Positions 29,007 to 38,670 of a stretch of 64,000 bases of DNA are shown here, in pieces. The translations under genes and the position numbers were made by a program. The notes beneath the pieces were generated by a model that saw only the letters and a list, made by a program, of their open reading frames with translations, ran no database searches and was not told where the DNA came from. This DNA is from Ignavibacteria bacterium (lineage in GTDB: Bacteria > Bacteroidota > Ignavibacteria > UBA10030 > SZUA-254). Positions within the stretch are counted from its first letter, which is position 1. Each line of letters opens with the position of its first letter. The stretch is from contig JACOSY010000014.1 in assembly GCA_016178595.1 (NCBI GenBank), forward strand, positions 4,256 to 68,255. The letters run 5' to 3'.

Positions 29007-29641
29007 CACAGGCAAGAGGACATCAATTTCGAGATTCATTATCGTTCGCGAGCGTAGACACGTTCTTCCACCTTCTTCGAGGTGTTGGACGGAAGTGTTC
29101 GATTCTCACGCTTACCGTTCTTGTAACTCTCTGTTTATCGCAGTCAGCACTGTCTCAGAGCGATCCCAAAACAGAGTACAAATTCAAAGCGGTCTATCTG
29201 TATAATCTTCTCCAGTTTGTTGAATGGCCCAAAGAGAGCTTTCAAGAAGAGTCTTCACCAATAGTGATTGGTATACTCGGGCAAGATCCGTTCGGGCAGG
29301 TGTTGGATCAAACTGTGCAAAACGAAAAGGTGCAGAATCATGAGATTGTCGTTCGCAGGTTCACCGATCCGGATGAGGTCAAAGAATGTCACCTCTTGTT
29401 TATGTGCAAGTCCGAAAAAGATCGTTTTGTTCAGGTGCTTCGAAAAATGGAAAACCGAAATGTCTTAACTGTCGGCGAAATCGAGGGGTTTGCGGAACAT
29501 GGTGGAGCGGTTAATTTCTATGTCGAAAAAAGTAAGCTCCGCTTTGAGGTCAACACTGCAGCTCTGAAAAAAAATAATTTGAAAGTTAGTTCGAAATTAC
29601 TGCGGTTGACAAGGATCGTGAATTCATCTTCTGAGGAGTAA
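28994..29641 (+). CDS. YfiR-like periplasmic protein (DUF4154)
   Basis: KFKAVYLYNLLQFVEWP signature of DUF4154/YfiR. Signal peptide. The true start may be a non-ATG codon downstream of 28994. Confidence 0.6.
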   Translation: MEPIAQARGHQFRDSLSFASVDTFFHLLRGVGRKCSILTLTVLVTLCLSQSALSQSDPKTEYKFKAVYLYNLLQFVEWPKESFQEESSPIVIGILGQDPFGQVLDQTVQNEKVQNHEIVVRRFTDPDEVKECHLLFMCKSEKDRFVQVLRKMENRNVLTVGEIEGFAEHGGAVNFYVEKSKLRFEVNTAALKKNNLKVSSKLLRLTRIVNSSSEE

Positions 29642-29642
29642 C

Positions 29643-31463
29643 ATGTTCTCGTTTCAGAAGACACCGTTGAAGGGAAAACTAAAGCTGGTGATGATGTTCA
29701 CCAGTCTTATCTCGATCATCCTGGTCTGTGCAGGATTGTTCGTGTACGAATATTTTGCTGTGCGGCAGGCTCTCACCAATGATCTTATGACAAAAGCCGA
29801 GATTATCGGAGCCAATTGTACCGCGGCGATAGCGTTCGATAATTCTTCAGATGCAAATCAAACGCTTTTGACGCTTACCTCCCAACCGAACATCATTGCT
29901 GCTGCTGTATTCACCAAACAGGGAACACTGTTTGCATCGTATGTCCGCACCGATCTACACCCTTCGTTACCGCAACAGGTAAAAGCCGATGGATACTATT
30001 TTGAACAAGGTAGGTTGGAGCTCTTTCAACCGATCATGGCGAACGATGCGCGAGTCGGAACGATATTTTTGAGTTCAGACCTCGAGAGACTATATGCTCG
30101 CTTCCGCTCATTCAGTCAAATTGTTCTCTTAGTCTTACTCGGTTCATTGGCAGTTGCGTATTTTTCAGCTTCGGCATTGCAAAACCGGATTTCGCGCCCG
30201 ATCCTGGAACTTGTCGAAACAACGAAACAAATTTCAGAACGACGGGATTATTCTCTGCGCGCGCAAAAGAAAACCGAGGATGAGCTTGGTTCCCTCTCGG
30301 ATGCATTTAATACGATGTTGTCACAGATTCAGGAACGCGATGCCAGTTTGAAGCAGGCGAATGAGTCAATGGCGGCAGAAATCACCGAGCGCAAGCGGGC
30401 AGAAGTAGAGTTGCGGGAGAGCGAGGCACGGCTTCAAACGATTGTAGAAAACCTCACCGAAGGGTTAGCTGTTTCCGACCTCGATGGTCAGTTGCTGCAT
30501 TTCAACCGTGCCGCGCTGGACTTGCACGGGTTTGTCAGCCTGGACGAATGTCGCCGCCACCTGGCCGAGTTTGCCGACACATTTGAACTTTCGGCCCCGG
30601 ACGGCACGGTATGGCCGGTGGACCAATGGCCGCTGGCCCGCATCCTGCGTGGCGAGAAGTTGCGCGACTTGGAGGTGTGCATCCGACGCATCCAGGCCGA
30701 CTGGCAGCGAGTCTTCAGTTACGGCGGCACCCTCGTCCATGACGCGAACGGTCAGCCGATGATGGCGGTAGTCACCATCAGTGATATCACCGAGCGGAAG
30801 CTGGCAGAGGAGGAAATCAGCAAACTGAATGCTGAACTTGAACAGCGTGTTCTTGACCGTACGGCACAACTCGAAGTGGCAAACAAGGAGCTGGAATCTT
30901 TCAGCTATTCTGTCTCGCACGATTTGAGAGCGCCGTTGCGAAGCATCGACGGTTTCAGCCAGGCATTATTGGAAGATCACGCAAACACGTTAGACGAAAA
31001 GGGCAAAGACTACCTTAACCGTGTGCGTGCCGCAAGCCAACGCATGGCACAGCTCATTGACGACTTGTTGAATTTGTCTCGTGTAGCCCGTGCTGAAATG
31101 CAAAGTGAGCGAGTCAACCTCAGTGAAATAGCCCGGTCGATGGCAGCGGAATATCGAAAAGCTCATCCCGGCAGGCAAGTAGACTTTCAGATCGAGGAAG
31201 GTATCGTGGCACACGGGGATGCGCGGCTTTTGCGTGTAGTCATTGACAACCTTCTCGGCAATGCCTGGAAGTACACTGGAAAGCATCCGCGGGCAAGAAT
31301 CGAATTCGGTATGATGAACAGCAATGGCGAACATATCTATTTCGTGCGGGACGACGGCGCCGGCTTCGATATGGCGTATGCAGACAAGTTGTTCGGCGCA
31401 TTCCAGCGACTTCATGCAATGACCGAGTTTCCCGGCACGGGCATCGGTCTTACAACTGTCTAA
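29643..31463 (+). CDS. Sensor histidine kinase (periplasmic sensor, HAMP, PAS, HisKA, HATPase_c) terminated by an in-frame TAA; the frame continues to 31547
   Basis: H-box [9 protein letters not shown], G1 and G2 boxes. TAA at 31461-31463 where Gln is expected ([13 protein letters not shown]). The 27 codons after it complete the HATPase_c domain. Confidence 0.8.
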   Translation: [606 protein letters not shown]

Positions 31464-31555
31464 CGCATCGTTCATCGACACGGTGGTCGCACCTGGGCTG
31501 AAGCCAAAGTAGAACACGGGGCCACCTTTTACTTCACACTTTCATAGGAGGATGT

Positions 31556-32011
31556 ATGACGAACAGAATCATTTTGCTGGTTGAAGATAATCCCGACGAT
31601 GAAGCGCTGACGATCCGTGCACTTAAGCAAAACGACATTGCGAATGAGATCATCGTTGCACGCGACGGAGTGGAAGCGTTGGATTACTTGTTCGGCACCG
31701 GAGCGTATGCTGGCCGTGACCTGAAAAGCATGCCGCAATTGATACTCCTTGATCTGAAACTTCCCAAGGTCGATGGACTGGAGGTCTTGCGTCGTCTGCG
31801 TTCCGACACTCGCACGGCGCTGCTTCCCGTCGTCATCCTTACATCATCGAAGGAGGAGCGGGATCTTGTGAACGGCTATAAACTTGGTGCCAACAGCTAT
31901 ATACGCAAACCTGTGGACTTCGTGCAATTTACCGAAGCTGTCAAACAATTGAAGCTGTATTGGCTCGTCCTGAATGAAAGGCCGCCAATCACGGGAGGGA
32001 ACGTAATATGA
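31556..32011 (+). CDS. Single-domain response regulator (CheY-like receiver)
   Basis: DD...D57-like LILLDLKLP. T/K residues. RBS GGAGGA. Confidence 0.85.
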   Translation: MTNRIILLVEDNPDDEALTIRALKQNDIANEIIVARDGVEALDYLFGTGAYAGRDLKSMPQLILLDLKLPKVDGLEVLRRLRSDTRTALLPVVILTSSKEERDLVNGYKLGANSYIRKPVDFVQFTEAVKQLKLYWLVLNERPPITGGNVI

Positions 32012-34407
32012 AAAAAACGTTACAGGTATTACTGATAGAGGACAATGAAGACGATGCCGAGCTGATCGTTCGCGAGTTAGAACGTTCGGGATACGACGTA
32101 TCGCCTAAACGTGTCGAGTCAGCGGCGGACTTGAATGCCGCACTTGACGTGCAAGCATGGGATTTCGTGTTTTGCGACTATACCATGCCTCACTTCAAAG
32201 GAACTGATGCGTTGTATATCATCAAGGGGAAGGGTCTGGATATATCGCTCATTTTCGTATCGGGCACGATGGGCGAAGACATCGCAGTCGAAGCGATGAA
32301 AGCCGGCGCCCATGATTATCTCGTCAAAGGCAACCTGAAGAGACTGGTCCCCGTCGTTCAGCGCGAGTTGAGAGAGGCAGAGAACCGGCGTGAAAAGAAG
32401 CAGGCAGAAAATTTGCAAGATGCCGTCTATCGTATCGCTCAAGCAGCAACCGTGTCGCGCAGCCTTGAAGACCTGTACCACGCAGTTCATGAAATTATGA
32501 AGGAAGTGATGGTGGCCGAGAATTTTTACATTGCATTGTATGATGAGAAAGACGACTTACTAAGTTTTCCTTATTTTGCCGACGAGTTCGATGAAGCCGG
32601 ACCTCCGCATAAGCCCGGCAAAGGATTAACGGAATACGTTTTGCGGAGTGGCCAATCGCTGCTGTGTAATAGTACCACGCTCCAAGAGATAATACGTCGT
32701 GGGGAGGCGGAACGGATTGGGGCACCATCTCCAATTTGGCTCGGTGTACCGCTCAAGATCGAGAACAAAACTATCGGCGTAATGGTTGTACAGCATTATT
32801 CCGATGAAAACACCTATGGCGATCGGGAGAAACAAATTCTCGAGTACGTTTCTACCCAGGTTGCAAAAGCAATCGAGCGAAAACTCTCCGAAGAAAAACT
32901 TCGCAAGAGTGAGGAACAATTCCGACTTATCTCCGAAAACGTAGCGGATCTCATCGCAGTGCTCGATCGGGAAGGCCGACGAATATACAGCAGCCCGTCC
33001 TACAAAACTGTACTCAGTGATCCTGAGCAATTACGGGGGACGGACTCTTTTCAAGAAATTATCCCGGACGACCGCGAGAGGATTCGTCAAATATTTTTCG
33101 AGACCGTAAAAACCGGCATAGGCCAGCGTGCAGAATATCGTTTTTTGTTGAAGGATGGAAGCACGCGACAAATTGAATCTCAGGGAAGCGTCATTAAAGA
33201 TCCGGACGGAAAGGTGACGAGCGTGATCGTTGTTTCGCGCGATATAACGGAAAAGAAACAGCTCGAAGCCCAATTCCTTCGTGCGCAGCGGATGGAGAGC
33301 ATCGGCACGCTTGCCGGTGGTATTGCCCACGACCTGAACAACGTGCTCGCACCCATCCTGCTGGTCGTTGAAATCCTCAAGAGGAAATTGTCAGATCAGC
33401 AGAGTCTGCAAATGCTGGATACGCTTGAGAGAAGTGCCCGACGCGGTGCGGACATGGTGAAGCAAGTCCTGACCTTCGCACGCGGCGTGGCAGGCGAGAA
33501 GATGATTCTCCAGCCAAAGCACCTTATTGCAGAGATGCAAAAAATGCTGAAGGAAACGTTCCCGAAGTCGATCATGGTTCATCAAGATGTTGCAAGGGAA
33601 TTGTGGACGGTTTCGGGTGACGCCACGCAGTTGCACCAGGTACTTCTGAATTTGTGTGTCAATGCGAGAGATGCGATGCCCGATGGTGGTATGCTGACGC
33701 TTGCTGCGGAAAACATTTACATCGATGAAAGCTTCGTCCGCATGCACGCAAATGCCACAGTCGGACCCTACGTCATTCTCAGCGTAACAGACAGCGGTAT
33801 GGGTATGCCGCCGGAGGTTAAGGAGAGAATATTCGAACCCTTCTTCACGACGAAGGACGTGGGAAAGGGGACGGGGCTGGGCCTTTCCACGGTCTATAGC
33901 ATCATCAAGAACCATGGAGGTTTTATCGATGTCTATAGTGAAGTTGGGCGTGGAACGACGTTCAAAATATACTTCCCGGCACTGCCTGAAGCAGAAGCTC
34001 GTGAATATGAGCAGGCCGTAGCCGCACTGCCGACAGGGAATGGCGAAATGATTCTTGTGGTGGATGACGAAGCATCCATCAGGGAGATTACTCGTGAAAC
34101 GCTGCAAACCTATGGTTACCGCGTGCTCAGCGCAAGCAACGGTGCCGAAGCTGTCGCTCTGTATGCTCAACGCTCTATCGAGATTGCGTTGGTGGTAACG
34201 GACATGATGATGCCGTACATGGATGGCATGGCAACCATCATTGCGCTGCGGAAAATTAATCCCGCCGTAAAGGTTGTGGTCAGCAGTGGCTTCGCCCCGG
34301 AATCCCGACGAGAAGAAGTGAATCGACTTGGTGTGAAGGCATTCCTCCAGAAACCGTACACGGCAGACCGTCTGTTGCAGACCGTCCATGATGCCTTAGC
34401 CGCATGA
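32008..34407 (+). CDS. Hybrid sensor histidine kinase (REC, GAF, PAS, HisKA, HATPase_c, REC)
   Basis: ATGA overlap with the upstream response regulator. H-box AHDLNNVL. GxGxG ATP lid. C-terminal receiver. Confidence 0.85.
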   Translation: MKKTLQVLLIEDNEDDAELIVRELERSGYDVSPKRVESAADLNAALDVQAWDFVFCDYTMPHFKGTDALYIIKGKGLDISLIFVSGTMGEDIAVEAMKAGAHDYLVKGNLKRLVPVVQRELREAENRREKKQAENLQDAVYRIAQAATVSRSLEDLYHAVHEIMKEVMVAENFYIALYDEKDDLLSFPYFADEFDEAGPPHKPGKGLTEYVLRSGQSLLCNSTTLQEIIRRGEAERIGAPSPIWLGVPLKIENKTIGVMVVQHYSDENTYGDREKQILEYVSTQVAKAIERKLSEEKLRKSEEQFRLISENVADLIAVLDREGRRIYSSPSYKTVLSDPEQLRGTDSFQEIIPDDRERIRQIFFETVKTGIGQRAEYRFLLKDGSTRQIESQGSVIKDPDGKVTSVIVVSRDITEKKQLEAQFLRAQRMESIGTLAGGIAHDLNNVLAPILLVVEILKRKLSDQQSLQMLDTLERSARRGADMVKQVLTFARGVAGEKMILQPKHLIAEMQKMLKETFPKSIMVHQDVARELWTVSGDATQLHQVLLNLCVNARDAMPDGGMLTLAAENIYIDESFVRMHANATVGPYVILSVTDSGMGMPPEVKERIFEPFFTTKDVGKGTGLGLSTVYSIIKNHGGFIDVYSEVGRGTTFKIYFPALPEAEAREYEQAVAALPTGNGEMILVVDDEASIREITRETLQTYGYRVLSASNGAEAVALYAQRSIEIALVVTDMMMPYMDGMATIIALRKINPAVKVVVSSGFAPESRREEVNRLGVKAFLQKPYTADRLLQTVHDALAA

Positions 34408-34608
34408 CAGCGATTCTACTCCCTCCATAGCGCAGTTCACCTGATAGACATCGCAGGTATGAACAAGTAAAACCGCCAATGAATATGCCGCTGTGCGTTC
34501 CCTCACTGCAGTTTGTTTGAGTAAGTGCCCGGCTAGTGCATACTTGGATTCCCACCAAAATTTCTGTACCTTTATCGTGTTGTTCAGGTATATCTTTCAT
34601 CACTCAGA

Positions 34609-36096
34609 ATGAATTTTGAACACGATAAGCCGCGGGATCACTGCGGCGTCTTCGGTATTTACGGCCATTCCCAGGCAGCGCAACTCACCTATTACGGCCT
34701 CCATGCCTTACAGCATCGGGGGCAAGAGGGATCGGGCATCGTCACGTCGGAATACGATCAGAAGACAGGAAAGCACCGTTTCCACGTTCATAAAGACTTC
34801 GGTCTCGTGAACGATGTTTTCCGGGATGAATCGATCCTCACGAACGCACTCATCGGTCATTCCGCCATCGGTCACAATCGCTATTCAACTGCCGGTGCAG
34901 CCGATAACAAGACGAACATCCAACCGCTTCTCGTCAACTATAAAAACGGCAACATCGCGATTTCCCACAACGGAAACCTGACGAATTTTCGAGCGATTCG
35001 GAAACGTCTTCAGGATGAAGGAACGATCTTTCAGACGACTTCCGACACGGAAATGATCCTTCACCTCATTGCCCGAAGCAAAGAGACGGATCAAATCCGA
35101 CAGATCGTCGATGCGTTGAACCAGGTCGAAGGTGCATTCTCGGTTACAATTCTTACCGACGACAAACTGATTGCCGCTCGCGATCCGTACGGCTGGCGGC
35201 CACTTGCTGTCGGTCGGATAAATGGCGCGTTCGTCGTCGCATCGGAAACATGCGCATTCGATATCATCAATGCAGAGTATGTGTGCGATGTTGAGCCCGG
35301 CGAAGCGCTCGTCTTCGACCGTGATTCACTGATATGTGGAGAGGCGAAATCGTATCGGTTGAAAAAAACAACCGACCGGCCGTTCTACTGCATCTTCGAG
35401 TACATTTATTTCTCCCGGCCGGACAGCAGAGTCTTCGGTGAAAGTGTCGATCGTGTTCGCCGCCAGCTTGGTAAGTCGCTTGCGGAAGAACATCCTACGA
35501 AATCGGAAGATCAGAACGATCGACTCGTCATCATCAATGTGCCCGACTCGAGTAACACGGCAACGCTTGGCTACGTGAGTGAAAACAACAAGCAGGGAAA
35601 CGATAGCAAGTTCGAGATGGGCTTGATCCGCAGTCATTATGTTGGACGCACATTTATTCAGCCGGTACAGGACCGACGTGTGGACAAGGTGAGGACGAAG
35701 TTCAACACCGTCAAGAGCGTCTTGAAGGACAAGGAAGTTGTCGTTGTCGACGACTCCATCGTTCGCGGAACGACGTCGCAGCAGCTTATCAAGCTGATTC
35801 GCGAGGCGGGTGCGAAGAAAATTCACTTCCGAGTCACCTCCCCCCCGATCAAGTATCCCTGCCATTACGGTATGGATTTCCCGAGCAAGGGAGAATTGAT
35901 TGCGAACCGTTGCAGCGGCGACGTAGAGAAGATCCGCTCCGAATTGGGCGCCGACAGTCTCGAATATTTATCGATTGAAAAGCTCTTGGAATCCGTGCCG
36001 AATAATAATAACGCTTCGTACTGCACGGCGTGCTTCAGCGGGCAGTATCCGACAACAGTGGAATCCGATACCTCGAAGGAAGAAAACGAGAATTAA
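34609..36096 (+). CDS. purF: Amidophosphoribosyltransferase, class II with 11-aa propeptide and 4Fe-4S cysteines
   Basis: Propeptide MNFEHDKPRDH precedes the catalytic Cys (CGVFGI). PRTase motif VVVVDDSIVRGTT. Cys ligands CHYGMDFP...CTACFSG. Confidence 0.9.
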   Translation: MNFEHDKPRDHCGVFGIYGHSQAAQLTYYGLHALQHRGQEGSGIVTSEYDQKTGKHRFHVHKDFGLVNDVFRDESILTNALIGHSAIGHNRYSTAGAADNKTNIQPLLVNYKNGNIAISHNGNLTNFRAIRKRLQDEGTIFQTTSDTEMILHLIARSKETDQIRQIVDALNQVEGAFSVTILTDDKLIAARDPYGWRPLAVGRINGAFVVASETCAFDIINAEYVCDVEPGEALVFDRDSLICGEAKSYRLKKTTDRPFYCIFEYIYFSRPDSRVFGESVDRVRRQLGKSLAEEHPTKSEDQNDRLVIINVPDSSNTATLGYVSENNKQGNDSKFEMGLIRSHYVGRTFIQPVQDRRVDKVRTKFNTVKSVLKDKEVVVVDDSIVRGTTSQQLIKLIREAGAKKIHFRVTSPPIKYPCHYGMDFPSKGELIANRCSGDVEKIRSELGADSLEYLSIEKLLESVPNNNNASYCTACFSGQYPTTVESDTSKEENEN

Positions 36097-36102
36097 GCTG
36101 CA

Positions 36103-36660
36103 ATGGAAGAGCGGATATGGACATTCTCGAATGCGCTCAGCATTGTCCGAGTCTTGCTCGTTGTTCCGATTGCGGTATTTCTTCTCAACAACGATTCCAC
36201 GAATCGAATCTACGCGGCCGGGCTGATCCTTATCGCCGCCCTCACCGATCTGTTCGATGGGATATTGGCGAGGAACCTGGATCAGGTGACGGAGTTCGGC
36301 AAAATCCTCGATCCACTCGCCGACAAGATCGCTGTCGGAGCCGTGACGTTGATTCTCGCTCTTCAAACAAAACTCCCCATGTGGTATCTCATAATGGTTA
36401 TTCTGCGTGACCTCCTGATCTTTCTCGGAGGTCTATACGTGACAAACACGAAGCGTACCGTCCTGCAATCGAACCAGGCTGGGAAGTGGGCAGTCACGAC
36501 TGTTGCGTTCTATCTGCTGCTCGTCGTCATTGATCGGCAAGAGATGAGTGTGGTGACAGATGGATTCCTCGTGATTAGCAGTGCGATGTTATTACTGTCC
36601 TTTGTTCTTTATCTCAAGCGTTTCCTCGGCATCGTAAAGGCAAAAGCAACAAACGTGTAA
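36103..36660 (+). CDS. pgsA: CDP-alcohol phosphatidyltransferase family protein (PgsA-like)
   Basis: D-G-xx-AR...G...D-xxx-D motif (DLFDGILARNL...DPLADK). Confidence 0.75.
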   Translation: MEERIWTFSNALSIVRVLLVVPIAVFLLNNDSTNRIYAAGLILIAALTDLFDGILARNLDQVTEFGKILDPLADKIAVGAVTLILALQTKLPMWYLIMVILRDLLIFLGGLYVTNTKRTVLQSNQAGKWAVTTVAFYLLLVVIDRQEMSVVTDGFLVISSAMLLLSFVLYLKRFLGIVKAKATNV

Positions 36661-36685
36661 GAATTCTCCAATCCGAAATTGAAGC

Positions 36686-37633
36686 ATGGGTTTCTTAGAT
36701 AAGTTTAAATTCAGTCGGTTGAAAGAAAGTCTCGCGAAGACTCGTGAGAGCCTCATGGGAAAAGTCCACCGTCTCCTCGTTGGTAAGACAAAGATCGACG
36801 ATGAACTTCTCGACAATCTGGAAGAAATATTGATCATGGGAGATGTCGGGGTGGCAACAACTACGACGATCATCGACAGCATTCGGAATCGTGTAAAGAA
36901 TGAACGGTGCGAGAATCCTGAAGAACTTGATCGGCTGCTTCGCGATGAAATCCAGAAACTTCTTGTTAATGGTTCGATGACCGGGGATGATCCCTTCGTG
37001 CTTTCGCCGGAACACACGCCGCATGTCGTTATGATCGTTGGTGTGAATGGCGTCGGGAAAACGACGACCATCGGTAAGCTGGCATACAACTACCGGACTG
37101 CTGGAAAGAAAGTCGTCATTGCGGCGGCGGATACGTTCAGGGCGGCGGCGAACGAGCAACTTGAGATTTGGGCGCAGCGTGCACAGGTCGAGATCATTCG
37201 ACAGCTGCACGGAGCTGACCCGGCTGCGGTCGCGTACGATGCACTCATGTCAGCGATGTCATCCAAGGCGGATATCATGATCATTGATACTGCCGGACGT
37301 TTGCACACGAAGGTAAATTTGATGGAGGAATTGAAGAAGATCAAGCGCGTTCTTCAGAAGCTTGATTCAGACGCTCCGCATGAACTGCTTCTGGTTCTCG
37401 ATGCTTCGACAGGGCAAAACGCAATTCAGCAGGCAAAGCAATTCACAGCGGCAGTCGGCATTACCGGACTCGTTCTTACCAAGCTTGATGGTACGGCCAA
37501 AGGTGGTGTAGTTCTTGCCATCAGCAACGAGTTGAATATCCCTGTCAAGTTCATCGGCGTGGGCGAAAAGATTGACGACCTTCAACCCTTTGACCGGAAA
37601 GCATTCGTGGATGCATTATTTGAAAAAGCATAG
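36686..37633 (+). CDS. ftsY: Signal recognition particle receptor
   Basis: NG domain. GVNGVGKTTT P-loop. DTAGR. TKLDGTAKGG. Confidence 0.9.
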   Translation: MGFLDKFKFSRLKESLAKTRESLMGKVHRLLVGKTKIDDELLDNLEEILIMGDVGVATTTTIIDSIRNRVKNERCENPEELDRLLRDEIQKLLVNGSMTGDDPFVLSPEHTPHVVMIVGVNGVGKTTTIGKLAYNYRTAGKKVVIAAADTFRAAANEQLEIWAQRAQVEIIRQLHGADPAAVAYDALMSAMSSKADIMIIDTAGRLHTKVNLMEELKKIKRVLQKLDSDAPHELLLVLDASTGQNAIQQAKQFTAAVGITGLVLTKLDGTAKGGVVLAISNELNIPVKFIGVGEKIDDLQPFDRKAFVDALFEKA

Positions 37634-38659
37634 ATGAAACTGACCTTCGAATATATTGAGCTAAAACTTCGTCATACCTTTACTATCTCGAGAAGTTCAC
37701 GCGATGTCGAGCCTTGCATTATCGTGAGCTTGGAGCATGATGGAATCGTTGGATATGGGGAAGCTGCTCCATCAGAGCGATACGGCGAAACGCCTGAGAC
37801 GGTTATTGCATTTCTCAAAAAGAGCGATCTCATACACTTCAATGATCCGTTTCAACTCGATGAGATTCTTTCGTACATTTCTGAGCTTGCTCCTAACGAT
37901 TTCTCGGCGAGGGCCGCGATTGATATTGCATTGCATGATTTGATCGGGAAGAAGCTTAAGATTCCTCTCTGGAAAATGTGGGGACTGAATGACCACGCAA
38001 CCCCCAAGACATCCTTCACGATCGGGATCGACTCGATTGAAGTTATCGAGAAGAAAGTTCGCGAGGCCAGTGCCTATCCGATTCTTAAAGTAAAGGTTGG
38101 TATCCCTCAAGATAAAATGATCATAAAGATGATTCGTAAAGTGACGGACAAGGTCATTCGAGTGGATGCGAACGAAGGATGGAAGTCTAAGGAAGAGGCG
38201 CGCGATAAGATTCTTTGGCTTGAAACACAGGGAGTGGAATTCATTGAACAACCGATGCCGGCGAGTCAGCTCGATGACATTGCGTGGCTCCGTCAGTATG
38301 TGAACATCCCGCTTATTGCCGATGAAAGTGTCTTGCAGCTTTCCGACATTCCGAGGATTGCGGGAGCATTCGATGGCATCAACATCAAGCTCATGAAGTG
38401 CGCCGGCCTTCGAGAAGCGATGCGGATGATCCACACAGCCAAAGTGATGGGAATGAAAGTCATGCTCGGATGCATGATCGAAAGCTCGGTCGGTATTTCC
38501 GCCGCTGCCCAGCTCTCACCTATGGTTGACTATGCCGATCTCGATGGCAATATTCTCATCACAAATGATCCCTTTGATGGCGTGAAAGTCGTCGATGGTA
38601 GATTGATCTTGAATGAGCGTCCGGGGCTGGGAGTCACTCCGAAAAATCCAATTTCATAG
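37634..38659 (+). CDS. Enolase-superfamily dipeptide epimerase (L-Ala-D/L-Glu epimerase-like)
   Basis: MR/MLE fold. Metal ligands in the KVKVG...VDANEGW...D-E-S context. Confidence 0.7.
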   Translation: MKLTFEYIELKLRHTFTISRSSRDVEPCIIVSLEHDGIVGYGEAAPSERYGETPETVIAFLKKSDLIHFNDPFQLDEILSYISELAPNDFSARAAIDIALHDLIGKKLKIPLWKMWGLNDHATPKTSFTIGIDSIEVIEKKVREASAYPILKVKVGIPQDKMIIKMIRKVTDKVIRVDANEGWKSKEEARDKILWLETQGVEFIEQPMPASQLDDIAWLRQYVNIPLIADESVLQLSDIPRIAGAFDGINIKLMKCAGLREAMRMIHTAKVMGMKVMLGCMIESSVGISAAAQLSPMVDYADLDGNILITNDPFDGVKVVDGRLILNERPGLGVTPKNPIS

Positions 38660-38670
38660 TCTCAATAGCC

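Noticed and set aside
33391-34389. 332-aa minus-strand ORF
   Set aside because: Antisense to the hybrid histidine kinase, whose domains are unambiguous.
34408-34608. Purine or ZTP riboswitch upstream of purF
   Set aside because: A 200-nt leader is present, but I could not find the conserved ZTP (pfl) or purine-riboswitch core sequences.
35326-35865. 179-aa minus-strand ORF
   Set aside because: Antisense to purF.
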